Shown in pieces: positions 1-9,832 of a stretch of DNA of 20,000 bases. The translations under genes and the position numbers were made by a program. The notes beneath the pieces are model-generated. The model was not told the origin of the DNA, searched no databases, and saw nothing but the letters and a program-made list of their open reading frames with translations. The stretch is from assembly GCF_004010195.1 (NCBI RefSeq), contig NC_057728.1, forward strand, positions 45,148,332 through 45,168,331, in the 5' to 3' direction. Source of the stretch: Chiloscyllium plagiosum (taxonomy: Eukaryota). Positions within the stretch are counted from its first letter, which is position 1; each line of letters starts with the position of its first letter.

Positions 1-712
1 GAAAGCTATTTGCTATTGACCACTCCCAGGAGCTCAACACTCTCCACTCGTTCCACCTCTGTGCTGTTAATGTGTACGGAGGCATGAGTAACATCCTACC
101 GAAAGTCAGTAAAGAACTCCTTGGTTTTGCCAGCATTGCAGCTAGGTTGTTCTCAGTGCACCATTTTTCCAGGTCTTCCACCTTCTGTCTGTACTCTGTT
201 TCATTGCCATCTGAGATTTGACCGACTATGGTGGTGTCACCTGCAAACTTGTGAATGGCATTAGTCTGGTATTTGGCGACACAGTCATGGGTATACAGTG
301 AGTACAGTAGGGGGCTGAGTATGCATCTCTGGGGGGCTCCAGTGTTGAGTGCTAGTAAGGATGAAATATTGTCCCCAAGCTTCGCTGATTGTGGCCTGTG
401 GGTCAGGAAACTGAGGGTCCAGTTGCAGAGAGTGTGGCATAGTCCCAGATTACTAAGTTTAGTAAACAGTCTTGAGGGGATAATCGTGTTGAAGGCTGAA
501 CTGTAGTCAATGAATAGGATCCTTATGTAGCTGCTCTTGGTGTCAAGATGTTCTAGGGTGGAGTGAAGAGCAAATGAAATGGCATCTGACGTGGATATTT
601 TGGTTCAATAGACAAATTAGAGTGGGTCAAGAGTAGTGGGGAGGCTAGAGTTGATTAATGCCATGACCAGCCTTTCAAAGCACTTCATGACCACCGAAGT
701 TAGGGCCACTGG
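1..712 (-). mobile_element. Rex1/Babar-clade LINE, degenerate reverse transcriptase fragment (runs off window start)
   Basis: Manual minus-strand translation from 712: PVALTSVVMKCFERLVM...[18 protein letters not shown]...[23 protein letters not shown]...[13 protein letters not shown]...WCTENNL. These are typical Rex1 RT motifs. Two in-frame stops, catalytic FADD changed to FAGD, and a later frameshift. Confidence 0.9.
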
Positions 713-754
713 AGTTCTTTGTGAGATTTGGTAGGAGAAACACATATATGCAGA

Positions 755-995
755 ATGTTGTTTTTAAATAGAAAGAGGTTGAAAAGTGTAGACGTACAAA
801 GAGACCTAGGTGTCTAAGTCAATAAATCACTGACAGTTGGTATGCAAGTACAGCATGCAATTAGGAAGCGTAATGGCATGTTGGCCTTCATTGGAAGAGG
901 ATTTGAGTTTAGAAATTGGGCTTTCTTACTGCAGTTATATGGGGCCTTGGTGAGATGGGAGCTGGAGCATTATGTGCAGTTTTGATTTCTCTACA
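755..995 (+). mobile_element. CR1-type LINE ORF2 fragment (degenerate)
   Basis: Encodes VQRDLGV...QHAIRKRNGMLAFIGRGFEF...LLQLYGALVR..LEHYVQF, the conserved post-RT region of CR1 ORF2. Confidence 0.8.
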
Positions 996-1020
996 TAAAC
1001 AGAATAGAATGACAAGATAA

Positions 1021-1970
1021 TTTGAGTACAGGATTAGTGAAGTTTTGTTTTATTTGTATAGGAGCTTGGTTAGATAACACATAGAGTTCTATGTGCAGTT
1101 TTAGCCTCCTTATCACAGAATTGTTCCAGTGCAGAAGAGGCCATTTGACCTATTATGCTTGTATCAGCTCTTCAAATAAGTATCATTACCTAGTGCCAAT
1201 CTCCTGCCTTTCCCCCATACCCTTGCACAATTTTTGATGCAAATAATCAATGGCCTTTTGAATGCCTCAATTGAACCTGTATCCACCAAACTTTCAGGCA
1301 GTGCAATCCATGCCGTAATACCTGCTGAATGAAAAAGCTTTCCTCAGATCACCTTTGCTTCTTTTGCACATCACTTCAAATCTATGCCCTCTCATTCTTG
1401 CTCCTTTTGGAAGTGGGGACCTTCTCCCTATCTGCTCTATCCAGCCATTTATGATTTTAAAAACCTCTACCAACAAGTGTCTTAACTCAAGAAAAATATT
1501 ATTGCCAGAGGGAGACTGCAACAAAGGTTCATCAAACATCTTCCTGCAATGATAGGACTGTCCTGTGAAGAGAGATTGGGAGAACTGGGTCTACATTCTC
1601 TAGCATTTCAAAGAATGAGAGGTGATCTCATTAAAATTTACAAAATATTTAAAGGAGTAGACAACAAAGATACAGGTAAGCTATTGCTTCTGTTTGGAAA
1701 TCTTAAACTAGGGATCACAATTTAAAAGTAAGCAGATGTCATTTAGGTCTGAGTTGAGGAGGATTTTGTTTTCTCAAAGGTTTCTGAACCTTCAGAATTC
1801 TCTATCTCAGAGGGCTCAGTTCATAAAATAAAGATTAATGGATTTCTGATTTTCAGTGCATTCTAGAGACTGGATGGATAAAAGTATTACATTTTCCAAT
1901 CAGTCATGATCACATTGACAGTGAGGAACAGGTAAGTGGGCTGAATGATCTACTCCTGTCCTTATGTTCC
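1021..1970 (+). mobile_element. CR1-type LINE 3' portion, split by an antisense CR1 insertion at ~1114-1485
   Basis: FEYR...LYRSLVR..IEFYVQF before the insertion; QQRFIK...EERLGELGLHSL...RMRGDLIKIYKI after it; ends in a CR1 tail 'tactcctgtccttatgttcct'. Confidence 0.8.
1114..1485 (-). mobile_element. CR1-type LINE 3' end (antisense, nested)
   Basis: Minus ORF 1294-1539 contains LVEVFKIING...RGHRFEV...GDLRKAF, the CR1 ORF2 C-terminus; 3' tail near 1114. Confidence 0.75.
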
Positions 1971-2147
1971 TTTATTTCCTGCCTTCAGTGTCCAGTAGTT
2001 TGCCTCTTCTGGATCCACTTTAGTGAGCAACATTTCCACTGGTGCAGTCAACTTATACATGGCTACTTACAGCTACTAACCTCCCCAAGGTTGTTCCTAC
2101 AGCTATTCCAGACTTTAATGTCAGTTTTCCTTTGTATTTTAACTGAC

Positions 2148-2235
2148 TGCAAAGACTGTTGCCAAGGCTGGAATTGAATCCAGGCCCCTGGATCTGTGAG
2201 GTTACAATGCTGACCACTGAGCCACTGTGCCACCC
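2148..2235 (-). mobile_element. tRNA-derived SINE head (HE1-like 5' region only)
   Basis: Minus strand reads GGGTGGCACAGTGGCTCAGTGGTCAGCA...GGATTCAATTCCAGCC, with Pol III A-box and B-box-like motifs; similar to the heads at 2643 and 12052. Confidence 0.75.
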
Positions 2236-2330
2236 CTCTTTTACAACAGCAGTACTTCAATGAGAAGTAGCATTAACATTAACTCACCTTGAATAATAAA
2301 TAGGGACTCCAAGGAGAAATTGCAATGGAC

Positions 2331-2643
2331 TTAGATTAGTTTAGATTCCCTACAGTATGGAAACAGGCCCTTCAGCCCAACAAGTCCACACTGACCCTCT
2401 GAAGAGCAACCAACCCAAACCCATTCCCCTCCATTTCCCCCTGACTAATGCACCTAACACTATGGGCAATTTAGTGTGGCCAATTCACCTGATCTACACA
2501 TTATTGGATTGTGGGAGGAAACCTACACAGACAGCGGAAGAATGTGCAAACTCCACACAGACATTCGCCCGAGGCAGGAATCAAACCGAGGTTCCTGGTG
2601 CAGTGAGACTGCAGTGCTAAGAGCTGAGCCACCGTGCCACCCC
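2331..2643 (-). mobile_element. HE1-type (V-SINE) shark SINE, near full length
   Basis: tRNA-like head, central 'TGTGTGGAGTTTGCACATTCT' domain, CR1-derived tail 'GAAGGGCCTGTTTCCATACTGTAGGGAATCTAA' with TCTAA-type repeats; homologous to 11753-12052. Confidence 0.9.
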
Positions 2644-2841
2644 AAACTTGCAACTTTCAGTTGTATTGGTAGGCGGAGGTACTGCTCTGTTGTAAATGCA
2701 ATAACGAAAGGACAATTCAGCCTACATTCCTGTTCTACAATTTACTAACCTCAGAGCTATTGCCATTGCCACCCTAAGTTCCATCTTCCTGGTGGCACTT
2801 GGAACTGGTAGTAACTGGAAGAAGTCTTGGGATGGACAATC

Positions 2842-3735
2842 TTACTGCAATTATACAGGGCCTTGGTGAGACCACACCTGGAGTATTGTGTGCAGTTTTG
2901 GTCCCCTTTTCGAAGGAAGGAAATTCTGGCTACAGATGGAAGTGTAACAAAGATTTACCAGACTGCTTCCTGGGATGGTAGGACTGACATCTGAAGCGAC
3001 ACTGAATCTGTTAGGACTATATTCGCTGGTGTTGAGAAGAATGAGGGGTATCTCATAGAAGCAAAGCGAAAGTGGGTACTGCAGATGCTGGAGATTAGTC
3101 AAGATTAGAGTGGTGCTGGAAAAGCACAGCAGGTCAGGCAGCACCTGAGGAGCACGAAAATTGACATTTCGGGCATAAACCCTTCATCAGGAATGATTCC
3201 TGATGAAAGAGCAGGAAAACCAACATTTTGGGCAAACATCCTTCATCAGGAATGATTCCTGATGAAGGATTTTTGCCCAAAATGTTGGTTTTCCTGCTCT
3301 TTGGATGCTGCCTGATCTGCTGTGCTTTTCCAGCACCACTCTAATCTTGATTGGTATCTCATAGAAGCCTATAAAATTCTAACAGGGTTAGACAATGTAA
3401 ACACAGAGAACATGCTATGAGGACCAGGGAGTTCCGAACCAAGTGGTCATTTTCTAAGGATTTGAGGTTGGCCATTTAGAACTGAGATGAGGAGAAATGT
3501 CTTCACAATGGTGATCCTGTGGAATTCTCTGCCATAGAAAGCAGTTGAGGCCAAAACACTGATTGTTTTTAAGAAAGAGTCAGATATGGTTCTTAGAGCT
3601 GAAGGGATTATTGAGTATAAGGAGAAAGTGGGACCATGGCACTGAGTTGGATAATCAGTCATGATTATATTGAATGGCGGAGCAGGCTCAAAGAGCCAAC
3701 TAGCCTCCTGTTGCTCCTATTTTCTACGTTTTTCT
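2842..3735 (+). mobile_element. CR1-type LINE 3' portion, interrupted at 3063-3352
   Basis: [22 protein letters not shown]...RRMRG[insert]YLIEAYKILTGLD...; 3' tail 'gctcctattttctacgtt'. Confidence 0.88.
3063..3352. mobile_element. Fold-back, ORF-less Penelope-like (pLTR-derived) insertion with hammerhead-like cores
   Basis: Exact 16-bp direct repeat GGTATCTCATAGAAGC at 3047-3062 and 3353-3368; inverted arms ~3099-3143 and ~3306-3350; CTGATGA-stem-GAAA motif on the minus strand (3190 to 3167). Confidence 0.8.
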
Positions 3736-5349
3736 GTAACACCTGTTCAATTTACAGCAATACCTGTAAATTAAAATTTCTGTGTAAGGTGTGGAGAGAT
3801 ATCAGCCAGCCATTGTTTTATAGGGCTGGGGAAGAGACATTTATTTTGGGTCAGTAAGATGGACCCAATTAAACCTCATTCACTGCCACAATTCTACCCA
3901 TTTCAAGAGGGCTCATGTGTTTCTTTAGAACCAATTGACCTGAAATAAATTCATCGCTTATCCAGGATAGATAGAGGTCTGGAGTTGAAATCTTATTTCC
4001 CAATGTAATGTATTAATTTTTCCTGTTTAATCCATTAGTTGGAATAATACATCTAAGATGCTTACAGAATGTGGTGTGTTACAAAAGAGCACTAGTCTAA
4101 ACCAAAATTATCTGACCCCTCTTTTTACTAGTCACTAGATTATCATTTTTTTAAAAATAATTTAAATGAATGTAAATATTGCACTAATACTTGACTGAAG
4201 AGTTTTTGAAAAAAACCCAGAAGAATAATTCACCATTTGCGTCACAAGAACAGATATTAGCCTTGCAGTGTTGTGCTTCATTATAGTTTACATCGTTATA
4301 CTTGTACAAAGGTAAAAAAGAAATTACACAGAAAGATGTGTTCTGTTTATGAAATGTTTTTATTGTAAAAAAAAAGGCAGCCATTATAATACAATTGAAG
4401 TTGAAGACTTTGAACTACAAATGCGTGTACTTTAGGGATGTTTGAAGAAGCTGTAAAATAGCTGAGCCAGCAAATAATACTCATAACTCAGTTGCATACA
4501 GAGAAAACAATACTCTCTGGATTTAGAAAAGAGCACATCAATCAACATCAAACAATGAAACGTTGATAGGCAGCTTTTCCATATGAGTGCCTTGTAAAAA
4601 CTCTACAACTCCAATCCTCCAAATAGTCCATTCTCACCAGAAGGTAAATAATTTCCCCACACTTCATGGCAGAATATGTCTAAAGGGCATTGGCAGAAAC
4701 TGGTGACTATCCAAACGTGTGCCTTGGCTGGCTGAACTTTCAATGATAACATAATCTTTATATAAATCAGTTAACTTGAGCTGTCTGGGTGCTGTCTGTG
4801 TTTAGCAATGTTAAACAATAGGCAAGAGCACCTTTCTCACTGACAGTGCAGAGGCACATTTTGTTCCTAATCTGTTCAGACAAATTTTAGCAATATTCTA
4901 AACTTGGGAGCTACTGAAAATAGCAGATAATTCTCACTTTGTTCAACATTAATCTCAAACCAAAGTATTAACAGCTTGTGCTGATAATGTAAAGCTTTCT
5001 CAGGCATCATGACATATGCTTTGATAAGCTCTGCTTATTAGGATTTGAGCAAAATGTACTTTCTTTGTGTGGATTTTGAACAAAGCTTCAAGAGTAATGA
5101 TATGTATGGTAGAGGACATTAGTAACTCATTCCAGGTTAGATAAGAGAGTATTTTGAGGGCTGCAGTTACATTAGTCTCGTAATTAATGCTTTTCTGTCA
5201 TCTGGAGCTTATGCTGGGATTTTTCATTTTGGAGTCATTACTTTTGCAACATGTCAGGGCAAGTTTCTTGGGCAATTACATCTTTACAGCTCAATATGAA
5301 TCCAAGTGATTTGTAGTATGGGTTAAATGACAAACCAATGGTGCAGATG

Positions 5350-6160
5350 AGCTGGAAATTCTTACTCCCATCAGGACTATCTGGGGTCAAAGATTCATGT
5401 GCCATATTTAAAGGCCACCTCGACACTCCTTCATTCACTGCAAGTCAGGAGCATTACATGAGTCTGCCTTTGTCACCCTACTCCCCAGAGGCGTCTCAGT
5501 GCAGGTACAAGTTGACCCCAAGATTTAGTGAGGCCTCATTCAGCAAAGAAGGGAAGTGCTCACTCCAAGGCTTGTGTCTAAAAAAAATACTCCTCTAAGA
5601 CACAGGCAGCTGGGAGTGAGGTTGCAGTGCAGGTCAGTGTCCTGCACAGACACAGCTGTATCCAGTGCAGGAAAAGGGTGAACACGCTGCAAGGTTAGGT
5701 GCCACTACCTTCTCACTGCCAATCCACCCTCACTGAGACATCAATCAGTCTGACAGTGTACTGCCAGCTATGTGCTTGGATTGGCACTCCATCCCTCCAG
5801 CCATGGGGTACGCTGCACTGGACCTAATATTAGAATCTCATTATCAGGGTTCCCACTGTATCGTCCCTGTGGTGGATTGTGCAGTGTTGAATTTTTCCAT
5901 GGTATCAATCTGTAGATTTCTTGTCATCACCAAACCATCCCTTAACATGCCAAGGGGAATTAAAATGTGGCTCCTGTGAAAGTTTGAGAATATTGGAGTT
6001 GTGTCTACCCTCGAGATAACATTGCAGACTTGCATTATCTGACTTGCATGGTGACAGGTAGTCTGCATCTTCATGAATATTGTTGGTTGTTGATAGGGTG
6101 CTCTGATAGCGATATTGAAATCCTGTTTTGGCCCCAAAGCTGCCTGACTCCCGACATCCA
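5350..6160. mobile_element. Degenerate PIF/Harbinger DNA transposon (Myb/SANT remnant on +, DDE transposase remnant on -)
   Basis: Plus 5509-5693: KLTPRFSEAS...(frameshift) KTQAAGSEVAVQVSVLHRHSCIQCRKRVNTL. Minus ~6120-5920: NIAIRAPYQQPTIF...QTTCHHASQIMQVC...(frameshift) KGWFGDDK, resembling HARBI1-like HVAIRAP...QLVCDH...GWLLGDKGY. Boundaries approximate. Confidence 0.6.
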
Positions 6161-6276
6161 AAGGGAACTTATACTGCTATAAGGCCAAAGTAGCAACTAC
6201 TTACCACACAGTCATGAGTTATTGAGTTTATCAGTTAGACAGAGGTTAATTGGTAAAGTTAACTTAATTCCAGGAA

Positions 6277-6410
6277 TGATTTGGAGATGCTGGTGTTGTA
6301 CTGGTGTGTACAAAGTTAAAAATCACAGGTCACCTGATGAAGGAGCAGCGCTCCGAAAGCTAGTGCTTCCGAATAAATCTGTTGGACTATAACCAGGTGT
6401 TGTGTGATTT
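6277..6410 (+). mobile_element. Short Penelope-like pLTR-derived insertion
   Basis: Flanked by TTAACTTAATTCCA(G/T)GAA at 6259-6276 and 6411-6428 (18 bp, 1 mismatch); perfect 15-bp inverted repeat 6313-6327/6403-6417; hammerhead core followed by AATAAA at 6372-6377. Confidence 0.8.
6331..6365 (+). ncRNA. Minimal type I hammerhead ribozyme motif
   Basis: CAC-CUGAUGA-A-GGAGC(AGC)GCUCC-GAAA-GC-UA-GUG: stem I CAC/GUG, 5-bp stem II, palindromic AGCU in place of stem III, NUH triplet CUA with predicted cleavage after 6362. Activity untested. Confidence 0.7.
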
Positions 6411-6659
6411 TTAACTTAATTCCATGAAGTTAGACATGTAATGAGATGCTAATGCATGCTGTTAAGCTCCTTGACACCTGCTGGCAATTAAATCAACCTA
6501 CCGTTTAATGTTAGAAACCTTAATCACTGAACATCATCACAATGGTGAGAAGCTGACTTTCTGTGAGAATTTTGTCTCATTTGATTAAGTTCACACATCT
6601 GTAGTTCTTATTGCAACTCTGGGCCTGGGAATTCCTGCCCACAGAAACAGTTTGCAAAT

Positions 6660-7105
6660 CTGTTCTCAATTCAGTTGGAGTGTGGTTGATCTGATTCTTA
6701 ACTTCATCTCTCCACTTTGGTTTCAGAAACCGTATGCCTTTGTCAAACAAAAATCTATTCAGTTGGTGTACCTCAGTTGTATAAATATTACAGTTGGGTT
6801 CTGGCTGCTTCAGGCAGATTAGGACTGAACACCATTTTAGTGCAAACTGGTGAACTACCTATTCCATGAGGCAAGGTCGAACTGGACTAAAGTTGTCACC
6901 TGTCAATGTGATCAGATACTGTACATTCCATTAACAGAAAGAATTCCAGACTTCCTTTAACCTGTGTGCGAAGAAATGCTTCCTGACATCACTCCTGATT
7001 AACCCAACTCGAAATTTAAGGTTATGTTCCCCCATTCAGAAATTCTTGCAAAAGGAAATTGTTCCTCTTTCTCTGTTCAACTGAGTTATCTGTTTAACCA
7101 ACTAG
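6660..7105 (-). mobile_element. Old CR1-type LINE 3' fragment(s), highly diverged and probably interrupted
   Basis: 'gaaagaattccagactt...gaagaaatgcttcctgacatcactcctg...ttaaggttatg' is the antisense of the CR1 ORF2 end; 6660-6760 resembles the 3' UTR. Confidence 0.55.
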
Positions 7106-7364
7106 AACTTTACTACAGGTTGCAAACTATCCTGGGAGAATTTACTCCTGTTGATTTGTTCATGAGAATCTCATCTCGACATCTTGGACCTGGTTGGAAA
7201 ATGGAACACATCAGTTTCAATTTCGAGAAGGACCTTGCTTGACCTCTCACCTGCTTTTCTACATTTCCCACCATAGACTACATTGTTCCGGAAAACTCTT
7301 GCTTTTCTTTCGTTTTTTGTTTCAACATCATTCGCTTTGGCGCAGGAAGACTAACTTTTCTGTC

Positions 7365-7560
7365 ATTCAATCTCTCCTGTATTTCACCATAGCACTGACC
7401 TTTCTTTGCCCCACCCACCTCTTGTTCAAATCCTTTTGCAATTCTAACTTTTCATGTTTCTGATGAAAGGCCTGAAACATTAAATCTATTTCTCTCTCTG
7501 CACTGATTCTGATCAACCTGCCAATTTTTTATTTTTTCAGCATTCTCTGCTTTTATTAGT
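7365..7560 (+). mobile_element. Diverged Penelope-like pLTR remnant with collapsed hammerhead core
   Basis: TTCTGATGA-AAGGCCT-GAAACATTAA (7458-7483), then 'tctatttctctctctgcactgat...cctgcc...cagcattctctgcttttatt', an arrangement similar to the 3259-3350 arm. Confidence 0.55.
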
Positions 7561-9164
7561 CCACCTTTGCTGATAGTGCACTTTGAATGCTTTGCAATTA
7601 TGTGATTTATTCCGTATATTGTCCAACCAGCTACAGAAACACCGTACAAGCTTTTAAAAATCAGCCTATGTGCCTAGGGTACAACACTTCCTCACTCATT
7701 CTCTCCTCATGTACTTGAATCAGACTCCTCCATTGAACTCAGTCACATCCCACTACAACCAGTTTCATCAACTCAGTTAGTTAGACTCTGGAACAATCAT
7801 TCTCACATTGAATTAAGTCTCCCCATTCTGCTCCTTCCAATTGGCACCCAGTTGAACGATGTGCACAATATGTGTTATTCATTGCTCCTCAGCAGTTGGA
7901 GACAATCTTCCAGTCATAATAAGCTGCTTTGCTCACATAGCCTTTCTCTTGATATTCCATTCAGCTAAAAGGGCTGTAATTAATCCTGAGAAAACTAGTA
8001 CCGAATTCAAAAAAAGCATCTATTAAGCAGTTTGAGAGTTACTGGACAATATTTGTAGGTCCAGACATAGTAAAAGCTTGCCCCTCACATAATTGTCTAA
8101 AACCATTAACTCCTTCTTAGGACTTACTAATCGTTATGTACCTTGAGAAAAAAAGAACTATTTCCCATAGACAGCATTATGATATCTTTAAACAAATAAT
8201 TCAAATATTGGTGTAGGAAGGGAAACTTGATCAGAAAATATATTAAGGAAAGGGAAAAAGAGTCATTATTGAAAATTATGATAAAGATATTGATATATTT
8301 AGTTAAGTATTCAAGAATATAATTTTACTTGGTTTTAAAAGAATTTCACTTAATTTTAACTTACAGCTTTATTTACACTCATTCCCAGAACTGTTGGTTC
8401 CTGTTTGTGAAACTATACCCTCTGTACAACATACAAACTGTTCTCTCTTCTTATCTTAAAAATAAAACTGAAAATCAGTGTTCTAAATGGACTAAATATT
8501 ATGGTATTTATACTGGCAAAGTACCAGTTTAATTATCTTTTCCATGGCAATTCATTTGTCAATTACAATCAAAAAAATAACTTTAGACAACTGCTAACAT
8601 TTCATTCTTATTGGTTAGGTAGCTTCCTTCAAGGTGAGGGAAATGATAAGAATTAATCTGTTTTTAAAAGGAATTGTGCAGGTGAGCTTTATGTATACAC
8701 AGATTTATAAGTTTGATGAGATAGTTAAATGAGAATTGGTTTGGCAAGTGCTTATGCTATTTCTCTGACTTGCTGTTGAACTTCATTGTTACCAAATATT
8801 AATCATCTACTATATTTGTTTCAATGAGCAGCAATCATGTTACAGTATCCGGAACTAATCCTTTAAGTCACATGGTAAGATATATGTAAAGTGTTGGATT
8901 ATGATACACAATTAGTATATCTCAAGGGAGATGCTGATGATATCATCACTGAATATTAACTTGTATCATGAGATATAAAGATCTCAGGAACCATCTTACT
9001 TGGAGTTACGCAAAGCATGGCACACGACTAGAAGCAAGCTCTTCTGCTGTAAGCAAAAATGATTGAAATCTAAATTCTTTCAAGCTACAAGAAATTTCTG
9101 ACACTATCTGTTTCTAATTATCTGTTTGTATAATCATTGAATCACAATAATGGTGGGGTTTGGA

Positions 9165-9832
9165 TGGTGTTGGAAAACAGAGGGACCTGGGGTGCAGGTA
9201 CATAATTCTTTAAAGTTTGCATCTCATATAGACAGGATGGTTAGAAAGGCATTTGGCACACTTGCCTTCATTGCTTATTCCTTTGAGTATAGGAGTTGGC
9301 ATACGGTGTCCAATTCCGGTCACCCAGTTAAAGGAAGGATATTTTTAAGCTGGAGAGGGTTCAGAAGAGATTTACCAGGATGTGGCCAGATATGGAAGGT
9401 TTGATTATAAGGAAAGGCTGGATATGCTGGTACTTTTTTCAGTGGAGAGTAGGAGGTTGAGAGGTGACCTGATACAAATTTATAAAATAATGAGAGGTAT
9501 AGATAAGAGTTGATGGTAGTTGTCTTTTCCCTAAGGTGTGGAATTTCAGGACTGGGGGTGGGGGGTGGCATTTTTAAGGTGAGAATAGAGCGATTTAAAA
9601 AAGATTAAGAGGCAAATTTTCCACACAGAGAATAGTTCATGCGTGGAATGAACTTCCTGAGGAAGTGGTGGATGCGGATACTTTTAAAAGACATTTAGAT
9701 GGATAAATGAAAAGGACATGGGTCAGGAACAGGCAGGCAGGACTAGTTTAGTTTGGGATTATGTTTGGCATGGACTGGTTGGACCATAAGATCTGTTTCC
9801 ATGCTGTATGACACTGTGATTCTATGACTATG
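9165..9832 (+). mobile_element. HER1/CR1 LINE 3' portion with internal deletion
   Basis: QRDLGVQVHNSLK...DRMVRKAFGTLAFIAYSFEYRSW, then jumps to the VQF..P region (LYRxLVRP segment missing); ends in a 'gattctatgactatg' tail. Confidence 0.88.

Noticed and set aside
255..506. 83-aa plus-strand ORF and most other short ORFs in the track
   Set aside because: Antisense or off-frame readings of LINE/SINE remnants (here Rex1 RT); no host-protein features.
3181..3270. Repeated CCTTCATCAGGAATGATTCCTGATGAA units resembling a CRISPR repeat-spacer pattern
   Set aside because: Only two units, the intervening segments are homologous to each other, the context is eukaryotic and there are no cas genes; explained by duplication within a palindrome.
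8671..8681. Possible 11-nt micro-exon (tttttaaaag|GAATTGTGCAG|gtgagc)
   Set aside because: Weak AAG acceptor, length not a multiple of 3, no supporting exons; needs RNA-seq.
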